Origin: Candidatus Omnitrophota bacterium | GTDB taxonomy: Bacteria > Omnitrophota > Gorgyraeia > Zapsychrales > Zapsychraceae | NCBI GenBank assembly: GCA_020429915.1 | Contig: JAGQKV010000002.1 | Span: forward strand, 128,061 to 192,060 | Direction: 5' to 3' | Length of the DNA: 64,000 nt | Shown here: positions 37,256-46,618 of the stretch, one piece after another | Position numbering within the stretch: the first letter of the stretch is position 1 | Layout of the letters: every line of letters begins with the position of its first letter | Notes under the pieces: model-generated | Seen by the model: the letters and a program-made list of their open reading frames with translations, nothing else | Database searches by the model: none | What the model was told of the DNA's origin: nothing | Made by a program: the position numbers and the translations under genes

Positions 37256-38500
37256 TTACTCGCGGAATTTCTTGACCACAACGCTGGCATTATGTCCCCC
37301 AAAGCCCAGAGAATTGGACATGGCGGCCTCCACCTTCACGGCGCGGGCCTCATTAGGGACGTAATCCAGATCACAATCCGGATCCGGCGTCGTGTAATTG
37401 ATGGTCGGTGGGACGATGTCGTCCCGGACGGCCAGGACGCAGGCGGCGAACTCGATCCCTCCGGCCGCACCCAGCAGGTGCCCGGTCATAGACTTGGTCG
37501 AGCTGATAGGGATCTTGGGGGCAAGCGGTCCAAAAGAATTCTTGATGGCCAGCGTTTCCACTTTGTCGTTCAGGTGCGTGGATGTTCCGTGCGCGTTAAT
37601 ATAGGAGATGTCCTCGGCCTTGAGTCCGGCGTCCTTTATGGCAAATTCCATAGCCTTGGAGGCCCCGCGGCCGGTCGATTCCGGCGCGGTAATGTGATAG
37701 GCGTCCGAGGTGCGGCCGTAGCCGGCCATTTCGGCCAGGATCGGGGCGCCCCGTTTCAGTGCATGTTCCAGTGTCTCAAGGATCACGATCCCGGCCCCTT
37801 CGGCCATGACAAAACCGTCCCGGTCCTTGTCGAACGGACGTGACGCTTTTTCCGGTTCATCATTGCGTCGGCTTAACGCCTTCAGGGCGCAGAAACCGCC
37901 CACGCCGAGAATCGTGGTGGCGCTTTCGGTCCCGCCGGCGATCATCACGTCGGCATCACCATACTGGATAAAACGGTAAGCATCCCCGATAGCATTGGTG
38001 GCGGTGGAACAAGCGGTGGCCACACAGGTTGCTGGTCCGTAGGCGCCGTGTTCGATCGACACCTGTCCGGCCGCCTCGTTGATAATAATCTTCGGGATAA
38101 GATGCGGCGATAAGCGGTTCGGACCGCGGTCGACAAATTTCTGGTGTTCCTCTTCGGCGGTTCCGATACTGCCGATCCCCGAACCGATCAGCACGCCGAC
38201 CCGGTCGCGGTCCACCTCATCCATGTTGAGCTGCGCGTTATTCACCGCTTCCCGGCTGGCCACCGCGGCAAACTGGACGAAGCGTGAAAGATTACGGGCT
38301 TCTTTGGAGTTGAAGTATTTCAGCGGGTCATAATCATTGCAATGTCCGGCAATCCGGCAGTCGAATTCGCTGACGTCAAAATGGGTGATCGGTTTGATCC
38401 CGCTTTCTCCGGCCTTGAGGGCTTCCCAAAACGGATCAACCAAAATGCCGACCGGAGAGATGATCCCCAGTCCGGTGATGACAACACGTTTTTTGCTCAT
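37256..38500 (-). CDS. fabF: 3-oxoacyl-[acyl-carrier-protein] synthase II
   Basis: 414 aa. Active-site Cys in ATACSTATNA, His-His in AHGTST and GHLLGAAG. Confidence 0.9.
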   Translation of the reverse strand: MSKKRVVITGLGIISPVGILVDPFWEALKAGESGIKPITHFDVSEFDCRIAGHCNDYDPLKYFNSKEARNLSRFVQFAAVASREAVNNAQLNMDEVDRDRVGVLIGSGIGSIGTAEEEHQKFVDRGPNRLSPHLIPKIIINEAAGQVSIEHGAYGPATCVATACSTATNAIGDAYRFIQYGDADVMIAGGTESATTILGVGGFCALKALSRRNDEPEKASRPFDKDRDGFVMAEGAGIVILETLEHALKRGAPILAEMAGYGRTSDAYHITAPESTGRGASKAMEFAIKDAGLKAEDISYINAHGTSTHLNDKVETLAIKNSFGPLAPKIPISSTKSMTGHLLGAAGGIEFAACVLAVRDDIVPPTINYTTPDPDCDLDYVPNEARAVKVEAAMSNSLGFGGHNASVVVKKFRE

Positions 38501-38577
38501 AGTCTTCTCTAAAGATAAGGCCCCGGCGGATGCCGAGGCGCCTAATCTGTAAATCGAAATATTGCTGCGGAGGAAAC

Positions 38578-38820
38578 TTACGCTTCGGACGAAGCCTTTT
38601 CACTGATGTATTTGATCGCGTCGCCGACTGTTGTCATCTTTTCCGCGTCTTCATCCGGGATTTCTACGCTGAATTCCTCTTCCAAGGCCATGATCAATTC
38701 CACCGTATCCAATGAATCTGCCCCGAGATCATCAATGAATGACGCTTCGGGCGTGACTTCGTCTTGCTTGACACCGAGTTGTTCGGCAATGATCGACTTG
38801 ATTTTTTCTTCAACGGCCAT
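38578..38820 (-). CDS. acpP: Acyl carrier protein
   Basis: 80 aa. [12 protein letters not shown] phosphopantetheine attachment site. Confidence 0.9.
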   Translation of the reverse strand: MAVEEKIKSIIAEQLGVKQDEVTPEASFIDDLGADSLDTVELIMALEEEFSVEIPDEDAEKMTTVGDAIKYISEKASSEA

Positions 38821-38853
38821 TTGATTTCCTCCTTAAAGGTTCCTTACAAAATG

Positions 38854-39594
38854 TTAAATCGCCATACCGCCGTCAACGACGATTGTTTGTCCCGTAATGT
38901 AATCAGCCAGTTCAGACGCCAAAAACAGGCAGGCCCCTGCAACATCATTGGCCGTGCCGAATTTTCCGAGGGGAATGTCTTTGAGAAGGTCTTCCTGGGC
39001 AGAGGTTTTGAGTTGAGCGGTCATATCGGTCTCTATATAGCCGGGGGCAACGGCATTCGCCGTGATCCCGCGTGAGGCAAATTCTTTGGCAAGCGACTTG
39101 GTGAACCCGATGATCCCCGCCTTGCTTGCGGCATAATTAGCCTGTCCGGCATTGCCCACGATTCCGATGATCGAAGAAATGTTAATGATCTTACCTTTCT
39201 TCGCTCTGAGCATTGCCTTGGAAACTACTTTGGAAAAATGAAAAACCCCCTTGAGATTGACCGTCATGACTTCATCCCAGTCAGTTTCGCTCATTCGCAA
39301 GAGGAGATTATCCTTGGTAATGCCTGCGTTATTGACTAATATATCAATGCCCTTATGTTTGTCAAGAATTTTGTTGACGATTTCGACGACATTTTCGGCA
39401 TTGGTGACATCACAGGCAAAGGCGTCGGCCTGGCCGTTGGCGGCCGCAATTTCATCGCGGACCTGCGCGGCCCGTTCGCCGTCACGACCGATCACCATGA
39501 CATTCCCACCGGCCTGCGCGAACTGAATAGCGATTTCGCGTCCTATCCCGCGGGTCGATCCGGTAACCACAATCGTCTTTCCCTTAAAATCCAT
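38854..39594 (-). CDS. fabG: 3-oxoacyl-[acyl-carrier-protein] reductase
   Basis: 246 aa SDR. TGSTRGIG and YAASKAG motifs. Next to acpP and fabF. Confidence 0.85.
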   Translation of the reverse strand: MDFKGKTIVVTGSTRGIGREIAIQFAQAGGNVMVIGRDGERAAQVRDEIAAANGQADAFACDVTNAENVVEIVNKILDKHKGIDILVNNAGITKDNLLLRMSETDWDEVMTVNLKGVFHFSKVVSKAMLRAKKGKIINISSIIGIVGNAGQANYAASKAGIIGFTKSLAKEFASRGITANAVAPGYIETDMTAQLKTSAQEDLLKDIPLGKFGTANDVAGACLFLASELADYITGQTIVVDGGMAI

Positions 39595-39670
39595 TCATCT
39601 GCCTTGTAAATCCGATTTGAATTAATGGGTACTATAGCAAGTCGCCTCAAGTTTGCAAGGAAAAAAGTCG

Positions 39671-40108
39671 CTATCCGATATCGATGTCATCGTAGCCGGA
39701 CCTCCCCCCTTGACCGCGGCTGCGGAACTGAACGATCTGCCCTTTGCGGAGCATATCCTCCATTTTATGCCGCACGAGACCTTTGATAAGATTGCGTGTG
39801 AACGGGATCAGGAGCAGAAAGCCCAGGGTGTCGGTGACAAAGCCGGGCGTAAGCAGCGTAATACCCCCTACCAGGATCATCAGCCCGTCCAGCAGTTCCC
39901 CGCTGGGCAGGTTCCCCCCGTTGAGGCTCGTTTGGATCTTGCGGACCACGATAAATCCCTGCAAACGGGCCAATGAGGCCCCCAGGACCCCGGTCAGCAG
40001 GATCAGCAGGATGGTATTGAGCGATCCGATGTGCGATCCGACCTCGATGAGGATCATCAATTCTATGGCCGGCACCACGGTAAACAGTAGCAAAAGGTAA
40101 GGAAACAT
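39671..40108 (-). CDS. fxsA: FxsA-family cytoplasmic membrane protein
   Basis: 145 aa. Two hydrophobic N-terminal helices (AIELMILIEVG, LLTPGFVTDTLGFLLLIP) and a charged Gly-rich tail, matching FxsA. Confidence 0.6.
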   Translation of the reverse strand: MFPYLLLLFTVVPAIELMILIEVGSHIGSLNTILLILLTGVLGASLARLQGFIVVRKIQTSLNGGNLPSGELLDGLMILVGGITLLTPGFVTDTLGFLLLIPFTRNLIKGLVRHKMEDMLRKGQIVQFRSRGQGGRSGYDDIDIG

Positions 40109-40110
40109 AT

Positions 40111-40497
40111 TCAGTAGACCAGTTTCGGGATCAACTCCAGGACCGAATCCCGTAGAAAATCGCGTTCATAAAAGTCATTGTCGATAATTTGCCCGTTAAA
40201 AACAACCACATCCAGGTCGATGGTCCGCGGACCGTGTTTGATCACGGACCGTTGCCGGCCCAACCGTTCTTCCAGCTGTTTCAGCCGGGAAGACAAATCC
40301 GCCAGCGGGAGATCGGTCTCAATATGGACGGCGCCGTTGATAAAGTCATCCTGATCGATGTATCCGACGGGGGCCGTTTGCACAAAGCGGGATTCTCCGA
40401 GGACCTGAAATTCCTGTTTGAGCAGCGCGCGGGCGGCTGCGATATTCTTTTCAGGATCGATGTTCGATCCCAGTCCGATGACGCTGGTGTTGCTCAT
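40111..40497 (-). CDS. Divergent, short HPPK-like protein (second folK paralogue)
   Basis: 128 aa. IGLGSNI and RTIDLDVVVF motifs are conserved, but the PHP/HP catalytic segment is replaced (IDNDFYERDFL). Translationally coupled to folB. Confidence 0.55.
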   Translation of the reverse strand: MSNTSVIGLGSNIDPEKNIAAARALLKQEFQVLGESRFVQTAPVGYIDQDDFINGAVHIETDLPLADLSSRLKQLEERLGRQRSVIKHGPRTIDLDVVVFNGQIIDNDFYERDFLRDSVLELIPKLVY

Positions 40498-40847
40498 TCT
40501 TTTGATTTTTCCACTTCTACTGAAACACTGTCCGCGAAGCGCAGCGCGTGGGGCTTGTCCACCCGCACCGTAGCCGCCTTTACCCCTTCGTGCGCGGCGA
40601 CAATATCGAGCAGTCGCGTGGCCAGTTTCTCGAGTAGTTGATACGAGGAGTCTTCGACCTCGGCAATGATCTTCTTGGTGATGTTTTTATAATCGACGGT
40701 GTCGGTCAAATCGTCACTGGCGCCTGACTTGGCCGCGTCAAAGTCGATCCGTACATTAATGATCAAGTCCTGCTTGTGATCACGTTCCCAGTCGTTGGCA
40801 CCGATGATCGCGCGCAGGCGCAGGTTACTGATGCGGATGACGGCCAT
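40494..40847 (-). CDS. folB: Dihydroneopterin aldolase
   Basis: 117 aa. LRAIIGANDWER and ATVRVDKPHAL motifs. Confidence 0.8.
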   Translation of the reverse strand: MAVIRISNLRLRAIIGANDWERDHKQDLIINVRIDFDAAKSGASDDLTDTVDYKNITKKIIAEVEDSSYQLLEKLATRLLDIVAAHEGVKAATVRVDKPHALRFADSVSVEVEKSKE

Positions 40848-40863
40848 ATTCGTTCACTCCGGT

Positions 40864-41592
40864 TTACAGCAGGTGTTCCCCGCCGTCGTTAAAAATGACC
40901 TGACCGGTCAAATAATCGTTTTCGAGCAAAAAACCGACGGTCTGTTCGATATTCTCCAACCGGCCTTTGCGCTGCAGCGGGATGTCTTTGGCCAGCCGCT
41001 GCAAATAGCCGTCGGACTCCTCCTCCGGCGGCAGGATCAATCCCGGAGCGATCCCGTTGACCCGGATGGCCGGAGCCAGCGCCACGGCCGACATCTCGGT
41101 CAGCGCGAGGAGATTTTTTTTGGACAGCAGGTACGTGAAATGGTTGGTCTCGTTGTCGTTGACATGCGTATCCAGCAGATTGATGATTTGCCCCTCCCGG
41201 CAATGCCGGGCAAAATCCTGGGACAGCAGGAACGGGGCCAGGCCATGGATGCGGTGATGATCCTCGTAGTGGGTCAAATCCGCCTCCGCCAGGGTATCCT
41301 TGCGGAATACCGAGGCATTGTTGACCAGCAGGCAAAGCCCGGGGTAATGTTCGGTCACCATCGGGATCAGCTGCCGTATTTGTGCCTGATCAAGCAGATT
41401 ACAACTGAACGTGCCGGCCTCCCCGCCCTCTTGCCGGATTTCCTCTTTTAGGTCTTCGGCCGCCTGCCGTGAGTTCTGGTAATGAATGGCGATCCCGTAG
41501 CCCATACGGCTCAGTTTCAGACAGATTGTCCTTCCGATGCGGCGGGCCCCGCCGGTGACCAAGGCAAACGGTTTGTGCGCAAAGGTCGTCAT
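40864..41592 (-). CDS. Short-chain dehydrogenase/reductase, pteridine reductase (FolM/PTR1)-like
   Basis: 242 aa. TGGARRIG cofactor motif and YxxxK (YLLSKK). Located next to folB/folK-like genes. Confidence 0.55.
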   Translation of the reverse strand: MTTFAHKPFALVTGGARRIGRTICLKLSRMGYGIAIHYQNSRQAAEDLKEEIRQEGGEAGTFSCNLLDQAQIRQLIPMVTEHYPGLCLLVNNASVFRKDTLAEADLTHYEDHHRIHGLAPFLLSQDFARHCREGQIINLLDTHVNDNETNHFTYLLSKKNLLALTEMSAVALAPAIRVNGIAPGLILPPEEESDGYLQRLAKDIPLQRKGRLENIEQTVGFLLENDYLTGQVIFNDGGEHLL

Positions 41593-41739
41593 GATAGGGG
41601 ATCATAACACAGCGGATTTGTCCCGTCAATCCACAATCAGGGGCAAAGCCCTGGCATAATACAGGTTATAATCAATTCGGGTTGTGCCGTCCGGCAATTG
41701 TGCTATACTACTTCCCTTAATCGCAGGATATATATTATT

Positions 41740-42543
41740 ATGATACCCTTTAATGACTACCATATGCATACGCCGCTATGCGGGCATGCCAGCGGCGAGC
41801 CGGCGGAATACGCCCGCCAGGCCGTGGCCAAGGGGCTGCGGGAGATCGGATTTTCGGACCATGCGCCCTTTGTCCACATGGTGGATCCCGGTGTGACCAT
41901 GAGTACCGATCAACTTCCGGAGTATTACGAAATGATCGAGGCGGTCCGTGACCGTTACCGGAAGGAGCTGATCGTCAAGATCGCCATCGAGGCGGACTTT
42001 ATCCCCGGTTACGAGGACAAAACCCGGGCGATCCTCGAGGATTACCCCTATGACTATGTCATCGGATCGGTGCACTTCATTAAGGATTGGGGTTTTGACG
42101 ATCCGTCGCAGCGGGAAAAATGGAACGACCATGACGTTAATGCCGTCTACCGCGACTACTATGAGTTGCTGCGGCAGAGCGCCCGTACCGGGATGTTCAA
42201 TATCATCGCGCACAGCGACCTGGTCAAAAAATTCGGTCACCGTCCCACCGCGGATATGTCCGCCGAGGTGGACCGGACCGCACAGGTCTTCAAGGAGGCG
42301 GGTGTGGCCGTCGAAATCAACACCTCGGGCTGGCGCAAGACGTGTCAGGAGCAGTACCCGGCCCTCAACTGTCTGGAAATTTACGCCGCGCACGGGATTC
42401 CCTTGACCTTCGGCTCGGACGCGCACAGGCCCGAGGATGTTGGGGCGGATTTTGAGCGGGCGGTCCAGTTGGCCCGCGACGCCGGATTTCAGGAATATGT
42501 GCTTTTCAAGGACCGTCAGATAGAGCGTGTGATCAGGTTGTAG
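41740..42543 (+). CDS. hisK: Histidinol-phosphatase, PHP family (HisK type)
   Basis: DYHMHT, FSDH and GSDAH metal-binding motifs of PHP histidinol phosphatases. Start likely MIPFNDYHMH. Confidence 0.8.
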   Translation: MIPFNDYHMHTPLCGHASGEPAEYARQAVAKGLREIGFSDHAPFVHMVDPGVTMSTDQLPEYYEMIEAVRDRYRKELIVKIAIEADFIPGYEDKTRAILEDYPYDYVIGSVHFIKDWGFDDPSQREKWNDHDVNAVYRDYYELLRQSARTGMFNIIAHSDLVKKFGHRPTADMSAEVDRTAQVFKEAGVAVEINTSGWRKTCQEQYPALNCLEIYAAHGIPLTFGSDAHRPEDVGADFERAVQLARDAGFQEYVLFKDRQIERVIRL

Positions 42544-42615
42544 CGAGTGAGGAATAACGGTAAACGAACAGGCTGTGCCGGACGTTGGCGGCAGCCGAAG
42601 GATCTGGGCTAACCG

Positions 42616-44325
42616 ATGCGGTTGATTTGGGGTAAAGTTTCACATTTCGTCTTTGCGATCCTGTGTATCGTCATTGTGGTCACGGCGAGCTATTTTTCCT
42701 CTCTGTCTGCGCCTTTCGTCTGGCAGGACCAGACGCTCATCGTCAACAACGAACAGATCAAACATCTGGAAAAGTGGGACGAGCTGCTCACAACCACGGT
42801 GCAGATGGATACCGTCTCCCAGACGTTCTACCGTCCCCTGCAGATGATGACCTATATGTTCGACCATATGATCTGGAAGGACGAGCCGTTCGGTTATCAC
42901 CTCACGAATTTGGTCCTCCACTGTCTGGCCGGGGTTTGCCTGATGGAGCTGTTGTGGCTGTTAACGCTGAACCGCTGGACCGCTTTTTTCGGCGCTCTAT
43001 TGTTTGTGTCCCACCCCATTCATACCGAGGCCGTGGCCTACGTGTCCGGCCGGTCCGACCCGCTGGCCGCCATCTTCACCTTTCTGACTATCGGCAATTA
43101 CATCTATTCCTGCAAAATGAAGAACGCCTTCAAGTCGAGCGTGTACGCCCTGCTCGGACTGATTTTTTTTGCCGTCGCCTTGCTGGCCAAGGAGCACGCG
43201 GTCATTGTCCCGCTGCTGATGGTGTTGTATCACGTCGCGTATAAAACCAAGATCCGCTGGGCTGCGATCATGCCCTACTTCCTGGTGGCCGCGACGTATA
43301 TCGGGCTGCGCGTGACAGGGGTATTCGTGTCCGCGATCCAGCTGGATTCTCTGTCGGGAGTGACCCTGCCGGAACGGCTGCCCGGATTCTTCGTCGCCCT
43401 CTTTTCCTACATCCGGCTGCTGATCCTGCCGATCAACCTGCAGTCCCACTACGGTCAGGAGACGTTTGACTTCGGAGATTCGCAGTCGATCGCCGGGATG
43501 TCGATCTTTATCTTGATGGTGATCCTCTTTTTTAAGCAACGGCGCGACTACCCGCTGATGAGCTTTGCCATCGGCTGGTTTCTGCTGGCCCTGCTGCCGG
43601 TCTCCAATTTGGTCCCGATCCAGTCGTATATGGCTGAGCATTGGCTGTATATTCCCTCGGTGGGATACTTCATCCTGTTCGGGATGTTTTTCGGTTTTCT
43701 CTACCGGCGTATCAAACAGAAATGGTTTGTCGAGATTATGTTCGGGATCCTGCTCGTGTTTCAGATCGTGTTGACTGTCCAACAGAACCGTGTGTGGCAA
43801 GACCCGGTGGCGTTGTACACCCGGATGCTCAATCACAATCCTTCGATGGCCAAGGGGCATGTCAATTTGGGAACGGCGTACCTGCGCGACGGTGATCTCG
43901 AGAAAGCCCTGATGCATTTCGGCTCGGCCATCAAGATCAACCCGCGTTACGCGGACGCACACAATCTGCTTGGGGAGGTGTATTTGCGTAAAGGGGAATA
44001 CGGCAAGGCGTACAAGAGCTTCCTGGAAGCGGTGAATTCACGGCCGCAGCATTTGGCCGGAAACACGAACGTGGCGCGCATGCTGGTTCATGAGCAACGC
44101 CTCGACGAGGCCCAGATTACGCTGGAGAAGGTGTTGCTGCTCGATCCGGACTATGTTCCCGCCCTGTACGAATTGGGACGGATCCACGAATTGATGGGAC
44201 GAACGCAGAAGGCCGTGCGATACTATCGGCAGGTGTTGACTCTCGACCCCGGGCACAAAGAAAGCCTTCAGCGGCTGGAAGCGCTGGAGGAACCGATCGA
44301 ACCCTCACCCACCCCGTTGCCGTAA
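42616..44325 (+). CDS. GT-C membrane glycosyltransferase (PMT/TMTC-like) with C-terminal TPR repeats; paralogue of 13310-15037
   Basis: 569 aa. Polytopic N-terminal domain with conserved PFGYHLTNL and HPIHTEAV. C-terminal TPR repeats (NPSMAKGHVNLGTAYLRDGD...). Confidence 0.55.
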   Translation: MRLIWGKVSHFVFAILCIVIVVTASYFSSLSAPFVWQDQTLIVNNEQIKHLEKWDELLTTTVQMDTVSQTFYRPLQMMTYMFDHMIWKDEPFGYHLTNLVLHCLAGVCLMELLWLLTLNRWTAFFGALLFVSHPIHTEAVAYVSGRSDPLAAIFTFLTIGNYIYSCKMKNAFKSSVYALLGLIFFAVALLAKEHAVIVPLLMVLYHVAYKTKIRWAAIMPYFLVAATYIGLRVTGVFVSAIQLDSLSGVTLPERLPGFFVALFSYIRLLILPINLQSHYGQETFDFGDSQSIAGMSIFILMVILFFKQRRDYPLMSFAIGWFLLALLPVSNLVPIQSYMAEHWLYIPSVGYFILFGMFFGFLYRRIKQKWFVEIMFGILLVFQIVLTVQQNRVWQDPVALYTRMLNHNPSMAKGHVNLGTAYLRDGDLEKALMHFGSAIKINPRYADAHNLLGEVYLRKGEYGKAYKSFLEAVNSRPQHLAGNTNVARMLVHEQRLDEAQITLEKVLLLDPDYVPALYELGRIHELMGRTQKAVRYYRQVLTLDPGHKESLQRLEALEEPIEPSPTPLP

Positions 44326-44684
44326 CCCTTACGGCGCAGCAGCCAATTCAATAACCCGATAAGGATTAACGGCAGGAGCCCCGCGACGACCAACGCGCGG
44401 TCGATGACCGAACCGTATCCGGGTTTGACAACCATCGCCATTGCCGTCGGTAGCTCTTGCGCCAATTGCCCCGGGGCATCGTTTGTGACGGCCTTGTCGG
44501 CCGGAACGTGATAAAAGTGGGTCGCCGCAGTGCTTTGACGTACTTGGGAAGCCTGCACCTGCCCGCCCTTCACTTTTTGCAGCATGGCCGCCTGTGTCAA
44601 GGCGATCCCCGTCATCATCAGGCCGAGGGTGAACATCGGCAGAATGATCAGGGTCAGGATGGTCATACGCCGCAGGCTAAACAT
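44268..44684 (-). CDS. Hypothetical small membrane protein
   Basis: 138 aa with N- and C-terminal TM helices. Starts 5 nt after the upstream gene, but its 3' end overlaps the convergent GT-C gene by about 58 nt, so the call is uncertain. Confidence 0.3.
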   Translation of the reverse strand: MFSLRRMTILTLIILPMFTLGLMMTGIALTQAAMLQKVKGGQVQASQVRQSTAATHFYHVPADKAVTNDAPGQLAQELPTAMAMVVKPGYGSVIDRALVVAGLLPLILIGLLNWLLRRKGYGNGVGEGSIGSSSASSR

Positions 44685-44688
44685 GTCG

Positions 44689-45207
44689 TCACTCCTCTGT
44701 TGATTTTAATAAATAGTGTCTTGCCATGTAATACCCCGTTGCCGCTGGCCATAGGATTGCTGCTCCATAGCAAATGGGATTAAATAGCCTATAGGATTCC
44801 ATGTGAGAGTGGATATATAATTTCATCATCAACTCCGATACGATCATCATCGGTGTGTTGATGATGATCAAGATGTGGTATTTCCACTCTGCATCGACGG
44901 AAAGCGGGTGAGGCGCGAGCATCAGCAGGATACCGCTCATAACCATGATGCCAAGCATCAAAACCAGGAATCGAACGGCAAATTTCCATTTGAAACATGC
45001 GGCAACGCAGGCGAAGCACAGAAATAGCTGGTACAAGCTGCCGATGGTATTGGCACATGCGCGTGTGTACTCCCGGTCCCTGTTCAGACATCCTTCAAAC
45101 CACGGTAGCCAGTCGTCTATGTCCGTTCCCAGGTAGCGCACCTTCAATCCCACAAAAGAGGCACAAATAAGCCAGCCGACCATGTTTTGCGTGCGGAGTT
45201 TCATCAA
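44689..45207 (-). CDS. Hypothetical polytopic membrane protein co-transcribed with ispG
   Basis: 172 aa with about 5 TM helices. Start overlaps the ispG stop as ATGA. Local GC is clearly lower than in the flanks. Confidence 0.4.
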   Translation of the reverse strand: MMKLRTQNMVGWLICASFVGLKVRYLGTDIDDWLPWFEGCLNRDREYTRACANTIGSLYQLFLCFACVAACFKWKFAVRFLVLMLGIMVMSGILLMLAPHPLSVDAEWKYHILIIINTPMMIVSELMMKLYIHSHMESYRLFNPICYGAAILWPAATGYYMARHYLLKSTEE

Positions 45208-46436
45208 TATTGATTCTGAATACCACCGAACTTGGCTTCGATGTGCTTCTCAAGAATAGCAATGAATTCATCCTTGATGTTCTCACCCCGTAGTGTCTTG
45301 GTTTTTTCACCGTTTTCGTAGACCGGGGCGATCGGTTCTTCCGAGGTGCCCGGCAGACTGATCCCGATATCGGCATGGCGGCTCTCGCCGGGGCCGTTGA
45401 CGACGCAGCCCATCACCGCGATTTTCATTTTCTCCACGCCGGGAAATTCCTTTTTCCAGGCCGGCATCTTGCGTTCGATATGTTCGTTGATGTCCCGGGC
45501 CAGGATCTGAAAATAATTACTGCTGGTCCGTCCGCAGCCCGGGCAGCTGGTGACGCTGGGTTTGAAATACCGCAGTCCCAGCGCCTGGAGCAAATGTTTG
45601 CAGACCTCCACCTCGCGTGAACGGGGGATGTCCGGTTGAGGCGTCAGCGAGACGCGGATGGTGTCGCCGATCCCCTGTTGCAGTAATATGCCCAGGGCCG
45701 CGGCGCTGGCGGCAATCCCCTGGACCTGGGCGCCCGCCTCCGTGAGCCCCAAGTGGAGCGCGTAGTCGCATTGTTGCGCAAGGCGGTGGTACACGGTGAC
45801 CATATCTTGAAGGATCGACATCTTCACGCTCAGCACGATCCGGTCGGGACCGAGGCCGAGCTCTTCCGCCAGCCGCGCGCTGGCCAGGGCGCTGTGGATC
45901 ATGGCGGCGTAGGTGACTTCCTTAAAGTCTTTCGGTTCGGGAAAGGCGGCGTTTTCGTCCATGAGCCGGGTGAGCAGTTCCTGGTCGAGTGACCCCCAGT
46001 TCACCCCGATACGCACCGGTTTCCCGTGCTTAATGGCGACCCGGATGATTTGGGCAAAGTTATCGTCATGACGCTCGCCCTTGCCCACATTTCCCGGATT
46101 GATCCGGTATTTGCTCAGGGCGGCCGCGCACTCGGGGTGTTTGGTGAGCAGCGTGTGGCCGTTGAAGTGGAAATCTCCGATAATGGGGGCCTGGTACCCG
46201 CCCTCCCGCAGACGCTTGATGATGCCGGGCACGGCTTGGGCCGCGGCGTCATCGTTCACGGTCCAGCGCACCAACTGGGAACCGGCCTCGATCAGCTCGA
46301 CCGTCTGCCGGTATGTCGCCTCTTCGTTTGCGGTCGGGGTATCAGTCATGGACTGGACCACCACCGGGTGGCCGCCGCCGACCGGCACGCCGCCGATGTC
46401 GACTGCCTGAGATTGCCGCCTGGGTTTCATTTCCAT
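45204..46436 (-). CDS. ispG: 4-hydroxy-3-methylbut-2-en-1-yl diphosphate synthase (GcpE)
   Basis: 410 aa. VVVQSMTDT and the CPGCGRTSS cluster-ligand motif. Confidence 0.9.
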   Translation of the reverse strand: MEMKPRRQSQAVDIGGVPVGGGHPVVVQSMTDTPTANEEATYRQTVELIEAGSQLVRWTVNDDAAAQAVPGIIKRLREGGYQAPIIGDFHFNGHTLLTKHPECAAALSKYRINPGNVGKGERHDDNFAQIIRVAIKHGKPVRIGVNWGSLDQELLTRLMDENAAFPEPKDFKEVTYAAMIHSALASARLAEELGLGPDRIVLSVKMSILQDMVTVYHRLAQQCDYALHLGLTEAGAQVQGIAASAAALGILLQQGIGDTIRVSLTPQPDIPRSREVEVCKHLLQALGLRYFKPSVTSCPGCGRTSSNYFQILARDINEHIERKMPAWKKEFPGVEKMKIAVMGCVVNGPGESRHADIGISLPGTSEEPIAPVYENGEKTKTLRGENIKDEFIAILEKHIEAKFGGIQNQY

Positions 46437-46618
46437 AGGAATAATATGATTATCTGTATGAGTATTGTAAGATATTTACACGAGGAAAAATCATGATATA
46501 ATGACACAATTCCAGGGCAATATCAAGCCTGTCCGCAGGACGAGCGTCCCGTTTCGGCGGGACTTGCGATAACCGAGTAACAGCTGGGGGTGTCCCCCCG
46601 CCTTCTCCAAGGAAACTT

